A stretch of DNA of 48,067 bases, taken from contig CAMWVR010000005.1 in the NCBI GenBank assembly GCA_947177795.1, forward strand, positions 1 through 48,067, in the 5' to 3' direction. Both the position numbers and the translations under genes were made by a program. The DNA is from an uncultured Clostridia bacterium (GTDB lineage: Bacteria; Bacillota; Clostridia; Christensenellales; UBA3700). A model generated the notes under the pieces. It saw only the letters and a list, made by a program, of their open reading frames with translations, was not told the DNA's origin and did no database searches. Below, in pieces: positions 24,956-34,217 of this stretch (position 1 is its first letter; every line of letters begins with the position of its first letter).

Positions 24956-25792
24956 GTGAAAATAAAGTTGCATCCGCTCTTCTGTCTTCTTGCGGGGGTA
25001 TTCCTCGTGTTGGGGCAGTTTGAGTTGTTGTGCGGATATCTCGTGAGTATCGTAGCGCACGAAGTCGCCCACAATAGAATGGCGAAGTTGCGCGGTTACG
25101 GCATGGGCGTAATTACCATTATGCCATACGGCGGTTCTTTGGAGAGCGGAGACGATTACAACGACGGCGACAACGTTCTTATCGCGCTGTCGGCGCCGTT
25201 GTTCAATCTGGCGGTTGCGGCGTTTATAGTTGCGCTTTGGTGGCTCATACCCGACGTATATAATTATACGCTCGATCTTTGTATCGCCAATCTGTCGTTG
25301 GGACTCGTCAATCTTTTGCCGCTTTATCCTCTCGACGGCAGCAGAGTGGTAATATCGCTCGTCAAGAAAAAGATTCGCGCCGTAAAGATACTCAAATGGC
25401 TTACAATTGCCGCAGGCGGATTAATGCTTGTCGGCGGTATCGTCTTGACGTTCTTTACGCTAAATATCACTTTGCCTATATTCGGGTTGTTTTTGATACT
25501 CAGCGGTATATTTACCGGCAGAGGTCAGAGCTATTATCATCTTGCCAACAGCCGTCCTTTTGCAAAAGACTATACGCAAGGCTTGATAGAAGAAGTGATA
25601 TATATTTCAGGCGACAGTCAGCTTTTTAAGTTTTTGCGATATCTAGGCAAAGATAAGATATGCAAATTCATTATCACGGACGCCAACGGCGACAGAGTAT
25701 GCGCCGTCGAAGAGCGTACGCTCGAAAAGTTGTGTATGACTCACGAATTGAGCGTCAGCATTCTTGACGCTTTGCAAGATCGCGCTCAATGA
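24956..25792 (+). CDS. spoIVFB: Site-2 (M50) metalloprotease, SpoIVFB-like
   Basis: HEVAH and NLLPLYPLDG motifs; multiple TM helices; synteny with minD and the radical SAM/rng cluster. Confidence 0.85.
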   Translation: MKIKLHPLFCLLAGVFLVLGQFELLCGYLVSIVAHEVAHNRMAKLRGYGMGVITIMPYGGSLESGDDYNDGDNVLIALSAPLFNLAVAAFIVALWWLIPDVYNYTLDLCIANLSLGLVNLLPLYPLDGSRVVISLVKKKIRAVKILKWLTIAAGGLMLVGGIVLTFFTLNITLPIFGLFLILSGIFTGRGQSYYHLANSRPFAKDYTQGLIEEVIYISGDSQLFKFLRYLGKDKICKFIITDANGDRVCAVEERTLEKLCMTHELSVSILDALQDRAQ

Positions 25793-25900
25793 CGGGCGTC
25801 AAAATATACCGATACCAATTTGATTTTCTAAAATACCTTGCAAAAGCAGGGTATTTATATTATAATATAAATTGTATATTATTTTTATTGAGGGCAGTGT

Positions 25901-26839
25901 ATGTATTACGCGGGAGTGGATATTGGCGGTAAGAATACCAAGATGGGCATTGTTGACGATTTTGGCAACGTAGTGTCTTCTATGACTTACAGGACGGAAA
26001 AGGAAAGGGGCTATGACGCCATATTGCTTGACATGATAAGCAATATCAATTCGCTGTGTATGGAAGCGGGTTTTGATATAAAGGAACTGTCGGGCATCGG
26101 TATAGGCGTGCCGGGCATAGTAAATTCCAGAGCGGGACTCGTTATGTCGTGCGCCAACCTCAATTGGAAGGGCGTCGATCTTGCGGGCGACGTCAAGAAT
26201 TTGACGGGAAAGGAATGCAAAGTGTGCAACGACGCAAATTGCGCCGCTTTGGGCGAACAGCGCTTCGGCAGCGGAAAAAACTTCAAAAATCTCGTGTTTA
26301 TCACGCTAGGTACGGGAGTAGGCTCGGGCATAATCTTGGACGGCAAGCTTTTTGAAGGATTGGGCTGTGCAGGCGCAGAAGCAGGTCATATGGGCATACA
26401 GATAGAGGGCGGCAAGTGCGCTTGCGGCAACAAAGGCTGTTGGGAAGAGTTTATTTCCGCAAAGGCTTTCGTCGAGCAGACGAGAGTGGCAATAGAGAAA
26501 AATCCAAAGAGTTTGCTTGCTCAAATCTGCAAAGACGGCATAAGCGGCAAGTCGGCTTTCATCGCCGCAAGAGAGGGCGACAGCGTGGCAAAGAACGTGG
26601 TCGATAAGTATATCGGTTACGTCACTTACGGATTGATAGGCTTGACAAATATACTTCATCCGCAGGCTTTCGTGCTTGGCGGAGGTATTGCCAACGAGGG
26701 AGCGGAACTCATTTTGCCTGTCAAGAGTATGCTCAACGAATATATAGACAACAACGGTTTTTATCCCTACGTCGACGTCGTCGGCGCCAGCCTTGGCAAC
26801 GACGCAGGCTATATGGGAGCGGCTGCGCTGGTAATGTGA
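25901..26839 (+). CDS. ROK-family sugar kinase (glucokinase-like)
   Basis: GVDIGG, GIGVPG, NDANCAALGE, TLGTGVGSG, EAGHM, CACGNKGCWE. Confidence 0.92.
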   Translation: MYYAGVDIGGKNTKMGIVDDFGNVVSSMTYRTEKERGYDAILLDMISNINSLCMEAGFDIKELSGIGIGVPGIVNSRAGLVMSCANLNWKGVDLAGDVKNLTGKECKVCNDANCAALGEQRFGSGKNFKNLVFITLGTGVGSGIILDGKLFEGLGCAGAEAGHMGIQIEGGKCACGNKGCWEEFISAKAFVEQTRVAIEKNPKSLLAQICKDGISGKSAFIAAREGDSVAKNVVDKYIGYVTYGLIGLTNILHPQAFVLGGGIANEGAELILPVKSMLNEYIDNNGFYPYVDVVGASLGNDAGYMGAAALVM

Positions 26840-26842
26840 GTT

Positions 26843-28588
26843 ATGTGGGACAAGCTTAAAGACATCTTATTGCAAGTACAAAAGCCTGCGCGTTACGTGG
26901 GCGGAGAATATAATCTACCCGATATGGACAAGCCCTGCAAAGAAAGGGTCTTGTTGTGTTTCAGCGACAAGTACGAAGTGGGTATGAGCAATATCGGCAC
27001 TCGAATTTTGTATCATATGCTCAACGATATGCAAGACGTCGTTTGCGAACGCAGTTATGCGCCCGACCTTGATATGGCGGAGCTTTTGAGAAAAAATAAT
27101 TTACCGTTGTTTTCGCTCGAGACCAAGCGCGATGCAAAATCTTTTGATTTGATAGGCTTTTCCGTTCAATTTGAATTACAGTTCACCAACATAGTATATA
27201 TGTTTGATTTAATGGGCGTACCTTATTTTGCAAGCGAGAGAGGCGAGGAATATCCGCCTATCGTCGCAGGCGGTCCGTGCGTCGTCAATCCAATGCCTTT
27301 TGCGCCGTTTTTTGATGCAGTGCTGATTGGCGAGGGCGAGAAAAACCTCAAGGAACTCACGCTGTTGCATATGGAGTGCAAAAGCCAGGGCGTGTCAAAG
27401 CAAGAGTTTTTGCTACGCGCAAGCAAGCTCGACGGCGTTTACGTGCCTGCTCTTCACAATCCCACCAAGAGAGCAGTAGTCAAGGATTTGGACGAGGCAT
27501 ATTATCCCACCAAGATATTGGTTCCAAATTGCGATATAGTTCACGACAGATCGTCAATAGAGCTTTTCAGAGGTTGCGCCAACGGTTGCAGGTTTTGTCA
27601 AGCAGGATTTTATTACCGTCCGATCAGAGAACGCAGCGTCGACACTTTGGTAAGACAGGCTTGCGAACTCATGGACAACACGGGATATGACGAATTGGGG
27701 CTTTTGAGTTTGAGTACCAGCGACTATTCGGGGCTCAAAGAACTCGTCGACAGAATAAAAGTCGAGGCTGACAAACGCAAAATCAAGGTGGCTTTGCCGT
27801 CTTTGCGCCTTGACAGTTTTGAGGCGGAAATATACGAAGAGATACAAGGCGCATCGTTGACCTTTGCGCCCGAGGCGGGTACGCAGAGATTGCGCGACGT
27901 TATCAATAAGAATATCAACGAAGAAGATATTTTGTCTTCGCTTACGGCGGCAATGAAGTATGGAGTTAAGAACGTCAAACTTTACTTTATCATGGGCTTG
28001 CCTACAGAGACGCAGGAAGATTTGCAAGGTATCGTTGATATAGTGCATCTTATCAAGAAGTTGCATTCTCAATACGGGACTTCCAAGTTGCTCAATATCA
28101 CGGTTTCTACGTCGATATTTATTCCAAAACCTCTTACGCCTTTCCAATGGGAAAGACAGATTTCCATGCAAGAGATGCTTGACAAACAGGCGTTTATGAG
28201 AGAAAAGTTGCGTATGAAAAACGTCAAGTATTCTTGGCACGGCGCAGAATCGTCGATCATCGAAGCAATCTTTGCAAGAGGAGATAAGTCGCTTGCAAAG
28301 GCTATCGTCAAAGCGTATGAACTCGGGTGCGTATTTGACTCTTGGAGCGAAAATTTCGATTACGGCAAGTGGATGCAAGCCTTTGAACTCAGCGGAGTGG
28401 ATTATCAAAAGTTTTTGGACGGTTTTAGCGAAGAGGAAGAATTGCCTTGGGATATTATCGACAACTGCGTGACTAAGTCTTATCTGCTCAAAGAGCTGCA
28501 TAAGGCTTACGAGGGCGCTTGTACTCCCAACTGTCTCAAGAAATGCAACGGTTGCGGAGCCAACAGATTGGAGAGGTGCCGTATATGA
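26843..28588 (+). CDS. B12-binding-domain radical SAM protein (TIGR03960-like)
   Basis: KPARYVGGE, YEVGMSN, RGCANGCRFCQAG (CxxxCxxC), TFAPEAG, TPFQW. Confidence 0.93.
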   Translation: MWDKLKDILLQVQKPARYVGGEYNLPDMDKPCKERVLLCFSDKYEVGMSNIGTRILYHMLNDMQDVVCERSYAPDLDMAELLRKNNLPLFSLETKRDAKSFDLIGFSVQFELQFTNIVYMFDLMGVPYFASERGEEYPPIVAGGPCVVNPMPFAPFFDAVLIGEGEKNLKELTLLHMECKSQGVSKQEFLLRASKLDGVYVPALHNPTKRAVVKDLDEAYYPTKILVPNCDIVHDRSSIELFRGCANGCRFCQAGFYYRPIRERSVDTLVRQACELMDNTGYDELGLLSLSTSDYSGLKELVDRIKVEADKRKIKVALPSLRLDSFEAEIYEEIQGASLTFAPEAGTQRLRDVINKNINEEDILSSLTAAMKYGVKNVKLYFIMGLPTETQEDLQGIVDIVHLIKKLHSQYGTSKLLNITVSTSIFIPKPLTPFQWERQISMQEMLDKQAFMREKLRMKNVKYSWHGAESSIIEAIFARGDKSLAKAIVKAYELGCVFDSWSENFDYGKWMQAFELSGVDYQKFLDGFSEEEELPWDIIDNCVTKSYLLKELHKAYEGACTPNCLKKCNGCGANRLERCRI

Positions 28589-29232
28589 TAATACTCAAGC
28601 ATTACAAGGTCGACGACGTGAGCTACGTGTCGCACAAGGATATATTGAGAGTTTTGCAAAGAGGACTCAAGCGGGCGGGCGTAGATGTCAAATATTCTCA
28701 AGGCTACGTGCCGCACATGCTGACTTATACGACCACACCCGTACCGCTTGGAGTGCAGTCTGTCGCAGAGTATTTTGCCGTGGAGTGCAGTGGTATAGAT
28801 AAGGATGAGATGCTTGTCAGATACAATGCGTCAATGCCCAAGGGTATGCGTGCAGTCGCAAGTTTTTATAAAGACAAAAATCCCAATTTGGCGGCTGTTA
28901 TTACCGCGAGCGATTACGAGGCTGTGAGCGTAGACGCCTTGCCCAAAGAAATAGAGGATATCGCAAATTGCCAAAGCTACGTCATATCCACAAGCAAAAA
29001 AGGCGAAGTCGTGCAAAAGGACGTGGCGCCGTTGATATATGGGTTGAGAGTGGACGGCAACAAGCTGTTTATGCGGCTTGCAAGCGGCAACGCCAATTTG
29101 AGGGCGGATAGCGTGGTAAATCATATCAATGAAAAGTTTAGAACGAATATCAAAATCAACGATATTTGCCGTACGGCGCAGTTGGTAAGCGTACAAGGTA
29201 ATTTTGTCGACGTGGAGGAATTGCTCAAATGA
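28585..29232 (+). CDS. Radical SAM-linked protein (TIGR03936/DUF2344-like)
   Basis: YVSHKD..R..RA..YSQGYVPH; ATGA overlap with the upstream gene; RBS GGAGAGG. Confidence 0.88.
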   Translation: MIILKHYKVDDVSYVSHKDILRVLQRGLKRAGVDVKYSQGYVPHMLTYTTTPVPLGVQSVAEYFAVECSGIDKDEMLVRYNASMPKGMRAVASFYKDKNPNLAAVITASDYEAVSVDALPKEIEDIANCQSYVISTSKKGEVVQKDVAPLIYGLRVDGNKLFMRLASGNANLRADSVVNHINEKFRTNIKINDICRTAQLVSVQGNFVDVEELLK

Positions 29233-30719
29233 AAGATATTTTGATTAGCGTCAATCCCAGCGATACGCAAGTAAGTATCGTATCCGACGGCGAACTCGTT
29301 GAGTTTTGGGTAGAACGCAAAAATATGACGAGATTAGTCGGCAATATTTACAAAGGCAGGGTGCAGAACGTGCTCAACGGTATGCAGGCGGCTTTTGTAA
29401 ATATAGGCTTAGAGCGCAATGCGTTTTTGTTTGCGGGCGATACGCTTGAGTACGGCGAGATACTCAAAGACGTGACGGATAAGAGACTCAATCTCAAGGC
29501 GGGCGACAATATCCTTTGCCAAGTTACCAAAGAGCAATTTGGTTCTAAGGGCGCAAGAATTACTATGAACGTCACTTTGCCGGGCAGATCGGTGGTGCTT
29601 ATGCCGCAGATAGATTACGTCGGCGTGAGCCGTAAGATCACGGACGAGGCTGTCAAAAAGGATCTTATAGATTTCGTCAACGGTATCAAACCGGAGGGGT
29701 ATGGTATAATCCTGCGTACGCAGTCTGTCGATTGCAGTAAAGAAGAAATACAAGAAGAGATACAAGAGCTTGTAGCCAAGTGGCAGAAGATAAAAGACGC
29801 CAATATGACCAAGCCTGCGGGCTCGCTGATATATAAAGAAGAGGGCGTGGCGATAAGAGCGGTAAGAGATATGCTTCGAGACGATGTCGACCATATTATT
29901 ATCAACGATAGGAAGTTGCTTGAAGAGTTCAAGGTTGCTTTTTCTGCGCTCAATGATAAAAAACCCGATTTATTCGTGTTGTATGAAGAAAAAGAGAGTA
30001 TGCATAAGAAGTTTGGCTTGGTCAAGCAGATAGAGGGACTTCTTCAACGTAAAGTCGTGCTTGCCAACGGCGCATATCTCATCATTGATCACACCGAGGC
30101 GTTGACGGTAATTGACGTAAACACGGGCAAATACGTAGGCGAAAAGAATTTGGAGCAGACTGTATTCGAGACCAACTGTATAGCGGCAAAAGAGATTGCC
30201 CGTCAACTGCGAGTGCGCAATATAGGCGGCATAGTCGTCATAGACTTTATAGATATGGATAATCCCGAGCACAATCAAAAGGTGCTTGACGTCTTGCAAG
30301 AAGCGCTTGCGTTGGACAGAACCAAGACTTCGCTCATAGGTATGACGCCTTTGGGGCTCGTTGAGTTGACCCGTAAGAAGACGAGGAGTATGCTCGAGAG
30401 TGTAATGTTGCAGACTTGTCCTTATTGCGAAGGCAACGGATACGTTCTGTCAGACGAGGTTATGGCAGGCATGCTCAAGAACAAACTTAACGACGTCTTT
30501 GCCTGCGAAGACAACAGAGCTGTGCTTGTCACTTTGGCTCCAAGCGTATTTAATAAAATTTTTGCGTATAGACTTTTGGAGAAAGAGTGCGCAGGAGAAT
30601 GGCGCGACAAGAGAATATATCTTACGCCTGACGATAGAATGCATATCGAGAAGATTGACATCAAAGTATTGCACGGCGCGATACTCGATTTGCCAGACAA
30701 AGCAAAGATGTTGTATTAG
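29229..30719 (+). CDS. rng: Ribonuclease E/G family
   Basis: GNIYKGRVQNVL.GMQAAFV, TEALTVIDVNTG, RLRNIGG-like LRVRNIGGIVVIDFIDM, CPYC.G.G. Confidence 0.95.
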   Translation: MKDILISVNPSDTQVSIVSDGELVEFWVERKNMTRLVGNIYKGRVQNVLNGMQAAFVNIGLERNAFLFAGDTLEYGEILKDVTDKRLNLKAGDNILCQVTKEQFGSKGARITMNVTLPGRSVVLMPQIDYVGVSRKITDEAVKKDLIDFVNGIKPEGYGIILRTQSVDCSKEEIQEEIQELVAKWQKIKDANMTKPAGSLIYKEEGVAIRAVRDMLRDDVDHIIINDRKLLEEFKVAFSALNDKKPDLFVLYEEKESMHKKFGLVKQIEGLLQRKVVLANGAYLIIDHTEALTVIDVNTGKYVGEKNLEQTVFETNCIAAKEIARQLRVRNIGGIVVIDFIDMDNPEHNQKVLDVLQEALALDRTKTSLIGMTPLGLVELTRKKTRSMLESVMLQTCPYCEGNGYVLSDEVMAGMLKNKLNDVFACEDNRAVLVTLAPSVFNKIFAYRLLEKECAGEWRDKRIYLTPDDRMHIEKIDIKVLHGAILDLPDKAKMLY

Positions 30720-30737
30720 GGAGTTTGACTCAAAGTG

Positions 30738-30823
30738 AGGCGTCGCAAGTTTACATGGCAATAATGCTTCCTCTACTTCTTCAAACTCACTTGACGTACA
30801 GCAAGTACGCCTGCGTTCGTTTC
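30738..30823. repeat. Truncated copy of the 3365-3523 element
   Basis: 52/62 identical (hand count) to 3380-3441 up to the ACGTAC apex; right arm cut short at 30823. Confidence 0.8.
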
Positions 30824-30852
30824 TGTCACCTCGACCGTAGTGGAGAGGTCTC
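30824..30852 (+). repeat. REP-like palindrome (GTCAY family)
   Basis: tgtcacctcgaccgtagtggagaggtctc. Confidence 0.8.
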
Positions 30853-30940
30853 TATCCGATTAATACAAAACGGAGAAATTATAGATAAATAAAAATGCAT
30901 ATCATTTTGACATGCATTTTAAATGATTATTACGTATTTT

Positions 30941-30965
30941 AAAGCCGCTCGTTGGAGCGGCTCTT
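30941..30965 (-). terminator. Terminator after rpmA
   Basis: AGCCGCTC-gttg-GAGCGGCT stem with short A/T flanks. Confidence 0.7.
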
Positions 30966-30967
30966 TG

Positions 30968-31249
30968 TTAAACTTCTTTTGCGTAAACGCTAACTTGTTT
31001 TTTATCTTTGCCTTTGCGCTCAAATCTTACTACGCCGTCGATAAGAGCGTAGAGAGTGTCGTCCTTGCCGATGCCTACGTTGTTGCCGACGTGGAACTTG
31101 GTGCCTCTTTGTCTAACCAAGATATTGCCAGCCAAAACGAATTGACCGTCGGATCTCTTTGGTCCAAGTCTCTTTGATTCGGAGTCTCTGCCGTTTCTTG
31201 AACTACCTACACCTTTCTTATGAGCGAAGAGTTGAATATTTATAAACAT
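30968..31249 (-). CDS. rpmA: 50S ribosomal protein L27 with a cleavable N-terminal extension
   Basis: MFINIQLF|[21 protein letters not shown]. Confidence 0.99.
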   Translation of the reverse strand: MFINIQLFAHKKGVGSSRNGRDSESKRLGPKRSDGQFVLAGNILVRQRGTKFHVGNNVGIGKDDTLYALIDGVVRFERKGKDKKQVSVYAKEV

Positions 31250-31250
31250 A

Positions 31251-31580
31251 TTATCTTACCTCCAATTCTATAAAATCAGAAAAGCCTTCGTGCAAATCTG
31301 CTATTCCCAACATCATCGTATTGAGTATAACGTCGCAGTCGTGCCTTGTCGCTTTGTCGAGATTTTTTGGGAGAGTGGCTTTGAGATAACCTCTTTTGTC
31401 GTCAGTCTTGTAATCCAAGTTGACGCCCGCCACACTGAACAGCCCCAAAATCGCCGTCTGTACTATTGACGAAAGGGCGGAGCATACTATATCTTCTCCT
31501 TGCGCGCCGTAACCCGTGTGTCCGTCGCATTCTATCTCAATAATGCTGTTGTTTTGTTTTGTTACGAATATCTTGGTCAT
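31251..31580 (-). CDS. prp: Ribosomal-processing cysteine protease Prp (YsxB)
   Basis: GHTG..G.DIVCS His/Cys dyad; located between rplU and rpmA. Confidence 0.93.
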   Translation of the reverse strand: MTKIFVTKQNNSIIEIECDGHTGYGAQGEDIVCSALSSIVQTAILGLFSVAGVNLDYKTDDKRGYLKATLPKNLDKATRHDCDVILNTMMLGIADLHEGFSDFIELEVR

Positions 31581-31885
31581 TACGCCTTGATTTCTGCAAT
31601 TTTCAACGCAGTAAAGGGTTGTCTGTGACCTTGACGCTTGCGCTCGTTCTTCTTGGACTTATACTTGAAAACAACTATTTTCTTTGCTTTGTCCTGAGCG
31701 ACTACTTCGGCAACTACCTTGGAATTTTCCACTTCCTTGCCGCAAGCGATTTTGCCGTCATTGTTGAGCATAACAACGTCAAGTTCTACCTTAGCGCCAA
31801 TCTCTTTGTCGATTTTCTCAACTTTGATGATTTCGTCTTTGGCTACCTTGTATTGTTTGCCACCTGTCAAAACTATTGCGTACAT
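31580..31885 (-). CDS. rplU: 50S ribosomal protein L21
   Basis: MYAIVLTGGKQYKV...GHRQPFT; RBS GGAGG. Confidence 0.99.
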   Translation of the reverse strand: MYAIVLTGGKQYKVAKDEIIKVEKIDKEIGAKVELDVVMLNNDGKIACGKEVENSKVVAEVVAQDKAKKIVVFKYKSKKNERKRQGHRQPFTALKIAEIKA

Positions 31886-31899
31886 TGAATACCTCCTCT

Positions 31900-31959
31900 T
31901 ACCAGTCTCGCTGAAACGGGTGGTCTAACGACACTTTGCGACCCTACTCATGCGGCTCA
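31900..31959 (-). ncRNA. L21 ribosomal protein leader
   Basis: Structured 5' UTR gagccgca..ggtc..gacc..gcgagac between the promoter and the rplU RBS. Confidence 0.6.
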
Positions 31960-31965
31960 ATGAGT

Positions 31966-31994
31966 ATGTTAACATAAATTCAAAACCTTGTCAA
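31966..31994 (-). promoter_or_regulatory. Sigma-A promoter of the rplU operon
   Basis: Minus strand TTGACA-17 bp-TAACAT with TG extension. Confidence 0.75.
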
Positions 31995-32230
31995 CAAAAT
32001 TAATCTAATTAAATATTTATTATTATAATAATAGTCTGTCGGCATTTTGAATTATCTCTAAGCTATCGTATTGGAATTAAAGACAAATTATATAATCCTC
32101 TGATATAAATATCTCGCAATCGTTTTTGCAGAGCAAAATATCTTTAGCTTGAGGCATATTAAAGCAAAAGGTATTGATAAGTTTGCTAAATTGTGCTAAA
32201 ATTAGACAAAACGTCGCAAAAGGTGCAAAA

Positions 32231-33055
32231 ATGGTCATACAAAAGAATAGTATAATAATAACGGAACTTGAAGACTTTGATATAAGACATATCCTTGATT
32301 GCGGTCAGATTTTTCGATATGAGAGATTGAACGAAGGGGAATACAGAGTCTATTCCAAAGATAAAACTTGCCTCGTGCGTCAAATGCAAGATAGCGCTAT
32401 AATTGAAAGTGATGACCCAAATTATTTTGTCAATTACTTTGACTTAGAGCGTAATTACGGAGAGATAAAGCAAAGACTTAAAGGCAAGCCGTTTATGGAT
32501 GAAGCGATCGAGTACGGTCATGGAATAAGAATACTCAATCAAGACAAGTGGGAAATGCTAATCAGTTTTATCATTTCGGCAAACAATCACATTCCGCGTA
32601 TTAAAGGTATTATCGGCAGATTGTGCGCAAGTCTAGGCGAGAATATGGGAGATTATTACGCTTTTCCCACGCCCGAGGCAATGGCGAGCAAAGACGAAGA
32701 GTTTTACAAGGCTTTGGGCGCAGGATATAGGGCAAAATACCTGGCTGTTACGTCAAGACAAGTCGCCGACGGCTTTGATCTCGACGCTATCGACTGTATA
32801 GACGGCAATACGGCTAATAAAAAGCTATGTACGCTCATGGGTGTGGGGAGCAAAGTTGCGGATTGCATATTGCTATTCGGTTATCACAAGCAAGACGTCT
32901 TTCCCGTCGATACTTGGATAAAGAAAGTCTATAAAGACGTGGTGGGCGACGGCGTTGACAACAACAACGTCATAAGGCGCAAATTGATAGATATATACGG
33001 CGAATATTCGGGATACGCCCAACAATATCTGTTCTTTAACAAAAGAGAGAATTAG
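32231..33055 (+). CDS. 8-oxoguanine DNA glycosylase (OGG1-like, HhH-GPD)
   Basis: LDCGQIFR, GIRILNQD, ISANNHIPRI, GYRAKY, GVGSKVADCILLF, FPVDTW, GYAQQYLF. Confidence 0.93.
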   Translation: MVIQKNSIIITELEDFDIRHILDCGQIFRYERLNEGEYRVYSKDKTCLVRQMQDSAIIESDDPNYFVNYFDLERNYGEIKQRLKGKPFMDEAIEYGHGIRILNQDKWEMLISFIISANNHIPRIKGIIGRLCASLGENMGDYYAFPTPEAMASKDEEFYKALGAGYRAKYLAVTSRQVADGFDLDAIDCIDGNTANKKLCTLMGVGSKVADCILLFGYHKQDVFPVDTWIKKVYKDVVGDGVDNNNVIRRKLIDIYGEYSGYAQQYLFFNKREN

Positions 33056-33068
33056 AAGTGAATTAGTG

Positions 33069-33107
33069 GCATTTCGCATTTTGAACATTGTTCAAAATGC
33101 GAAATGC
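33069..33107. repeat. Perfect 19-bp inverted repeat with a 1-nt centre
   Basis: gcatttcgcattttgaaca-t-tgttcaaaatgcgaaatgc; its 15-bp core recurs at 33192-33206. Confidence 0.9.
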
Positions 33108-33261
33108 GCACTCAATACATATTTTACGATCACAGAAGATAAAGAGCGAATATAAGTGTTTAATCGACACATAATAGATAAAATTAATAATTTGAACATT
33201 GTTCAATAATATAAATTCCACTAAAGACGATAATTTAGAGTAAGTAATAAGGATATCAAAT

Positions 33262-33894
33262 ATGAATTATGCAATTTTAGTGGATCTCAACAGCATGCGA
33301 CTCTCATACGAGAGTTTTTCCAAAGCAATAGCAAGCCTTGACGGCAAGATAGCTTATGCAAAACTTTACGGTTATAACAACAAGCGTAACAATGATTTCA
33401 ACGCTTTTATCAAGACTTATGGCGCAGAAGTCGCCTTGCCTGTCAACAACCGCAAGAAAGTTAGAGTAGATATCAGACAAGTAATTGACGCTGTCACGAT
33501 TGCGTGTACGCGTACCAACGTCGACGCATTCTTCATCATTTGCAGCGAGCTTGACTCTATTGCTATGATCAATGCGCTGAAGAAGCTTGGCAAGCGAGTA
33601 ATAATGGGTATCGAGTCTCCAAGTTTCGTGGCGGAGCAGTGCGACGGCTACGTAATGCTTGAGCGCTCTTTCCCCGACGAAGAGGAGAAGAAGCCTTTGC
33701 CGATAAAATCAGAGGAGCAAAGCGACGAATTTTTGCCTTATAGCGGAGTCAAGCAGGAAAAGAAATCCGACGAGATGGACAAGATAAAGCAAGAACTCAA
33801 AGAGCTTATGGAAAGCAAACGCCGTCAGAAGAGCGAAATAGAAATGGGGCAGAGTGTGCTGCAACTTGACGACTTGTTGAAAAAGTATTTTTAG
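33262..33894 (+). CDS. NYN/LabA (PIN-like) domain protein, degenerate, with a charged C-terminal tail
   Basis: AILVD, KLYG, DIRQVIDAV, DAFFIICS..D, LKKLGKRV pattern. Confidence 0.7.
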   Translation: MNYAILVDLNSMRLSYESFSKAIASLDGKIAYAKLYGYNNKRNNDFNAFIKTYGAEVALPVNNRKKVRVDIRQVIDAVTIACTRTNVDAFFIICSELDSIAMINALKKLGKRVIMGIESPSFVAEQCDGYVMLERSFPDEEEKKPLPIKSEEQSDEFLPYSGVKQEKKSDEMDKIKQELKELMESKRRQKSEIEMGQSVLQLDDLLKKYF

Positions 33895-33904
33895 AAAGAA
33901 AATG

Positions 33905-33940
33905 AAAACGCAAAGCAAATGCGCTTTGCGTTTTGTTTTT
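33905..33940. terminator. Terminator between convergent genes
   Basis: AAAACGCAAAGC-aaatgc-GCTTTGCGTTTT. Confidence 0.8.
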
Positions 33941-33956
33941 ATCAAATGGAATTTGT

Positions 33957-34217
33957 TTAAAAATTTTTATACATATCGCAGAATTTTTTTAATTCGGCTC
34001 TAGTTTCTTTAGATAGATAGTTGATTGGAACGTTGGTAATTGCGCCCTCTAAGGCGTATAAATGTACTAAACATATTCGAGGGTATACGTCTTTAAGTCT
34101 TAAAAAAGATTCTTTTGAACCTAATTCGACGAGCTTTTCTGCGCAGTCTATTCCTACGCTTTCAAGTTTTTTTGAAAATTCTTTGCCAATATTAATCATT
34201 GAATCCAATTTAGTCAT
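33957..34217 (-). CDS. TfoX/Sxy C-terminal-domain protein
   Basis: NIG..KKLESVGI..L..LGS..LYALEGAI. Confidence 0.85.
   Translation of the reverse strand: MTKLDSMINIGKEFSKKLESVGIDCAEKLVELGSKESFLRLKDVYPRICLVHLYALEGAITNVPINYLSKETRAELKKFCDMYKNF

Noticed and set aside
30923-31928. Plus-strand ORFs opposite the ribosomal protein genes
   Set aside because: Antisense shadows of rpmA and rplU.
33080-33206. LexA (Cheo) boxes near the glycosylase
   Set aside because: Spacing is GAAC-N3-GTTC rather than N4, and the sites lie downstream of the repair gene.
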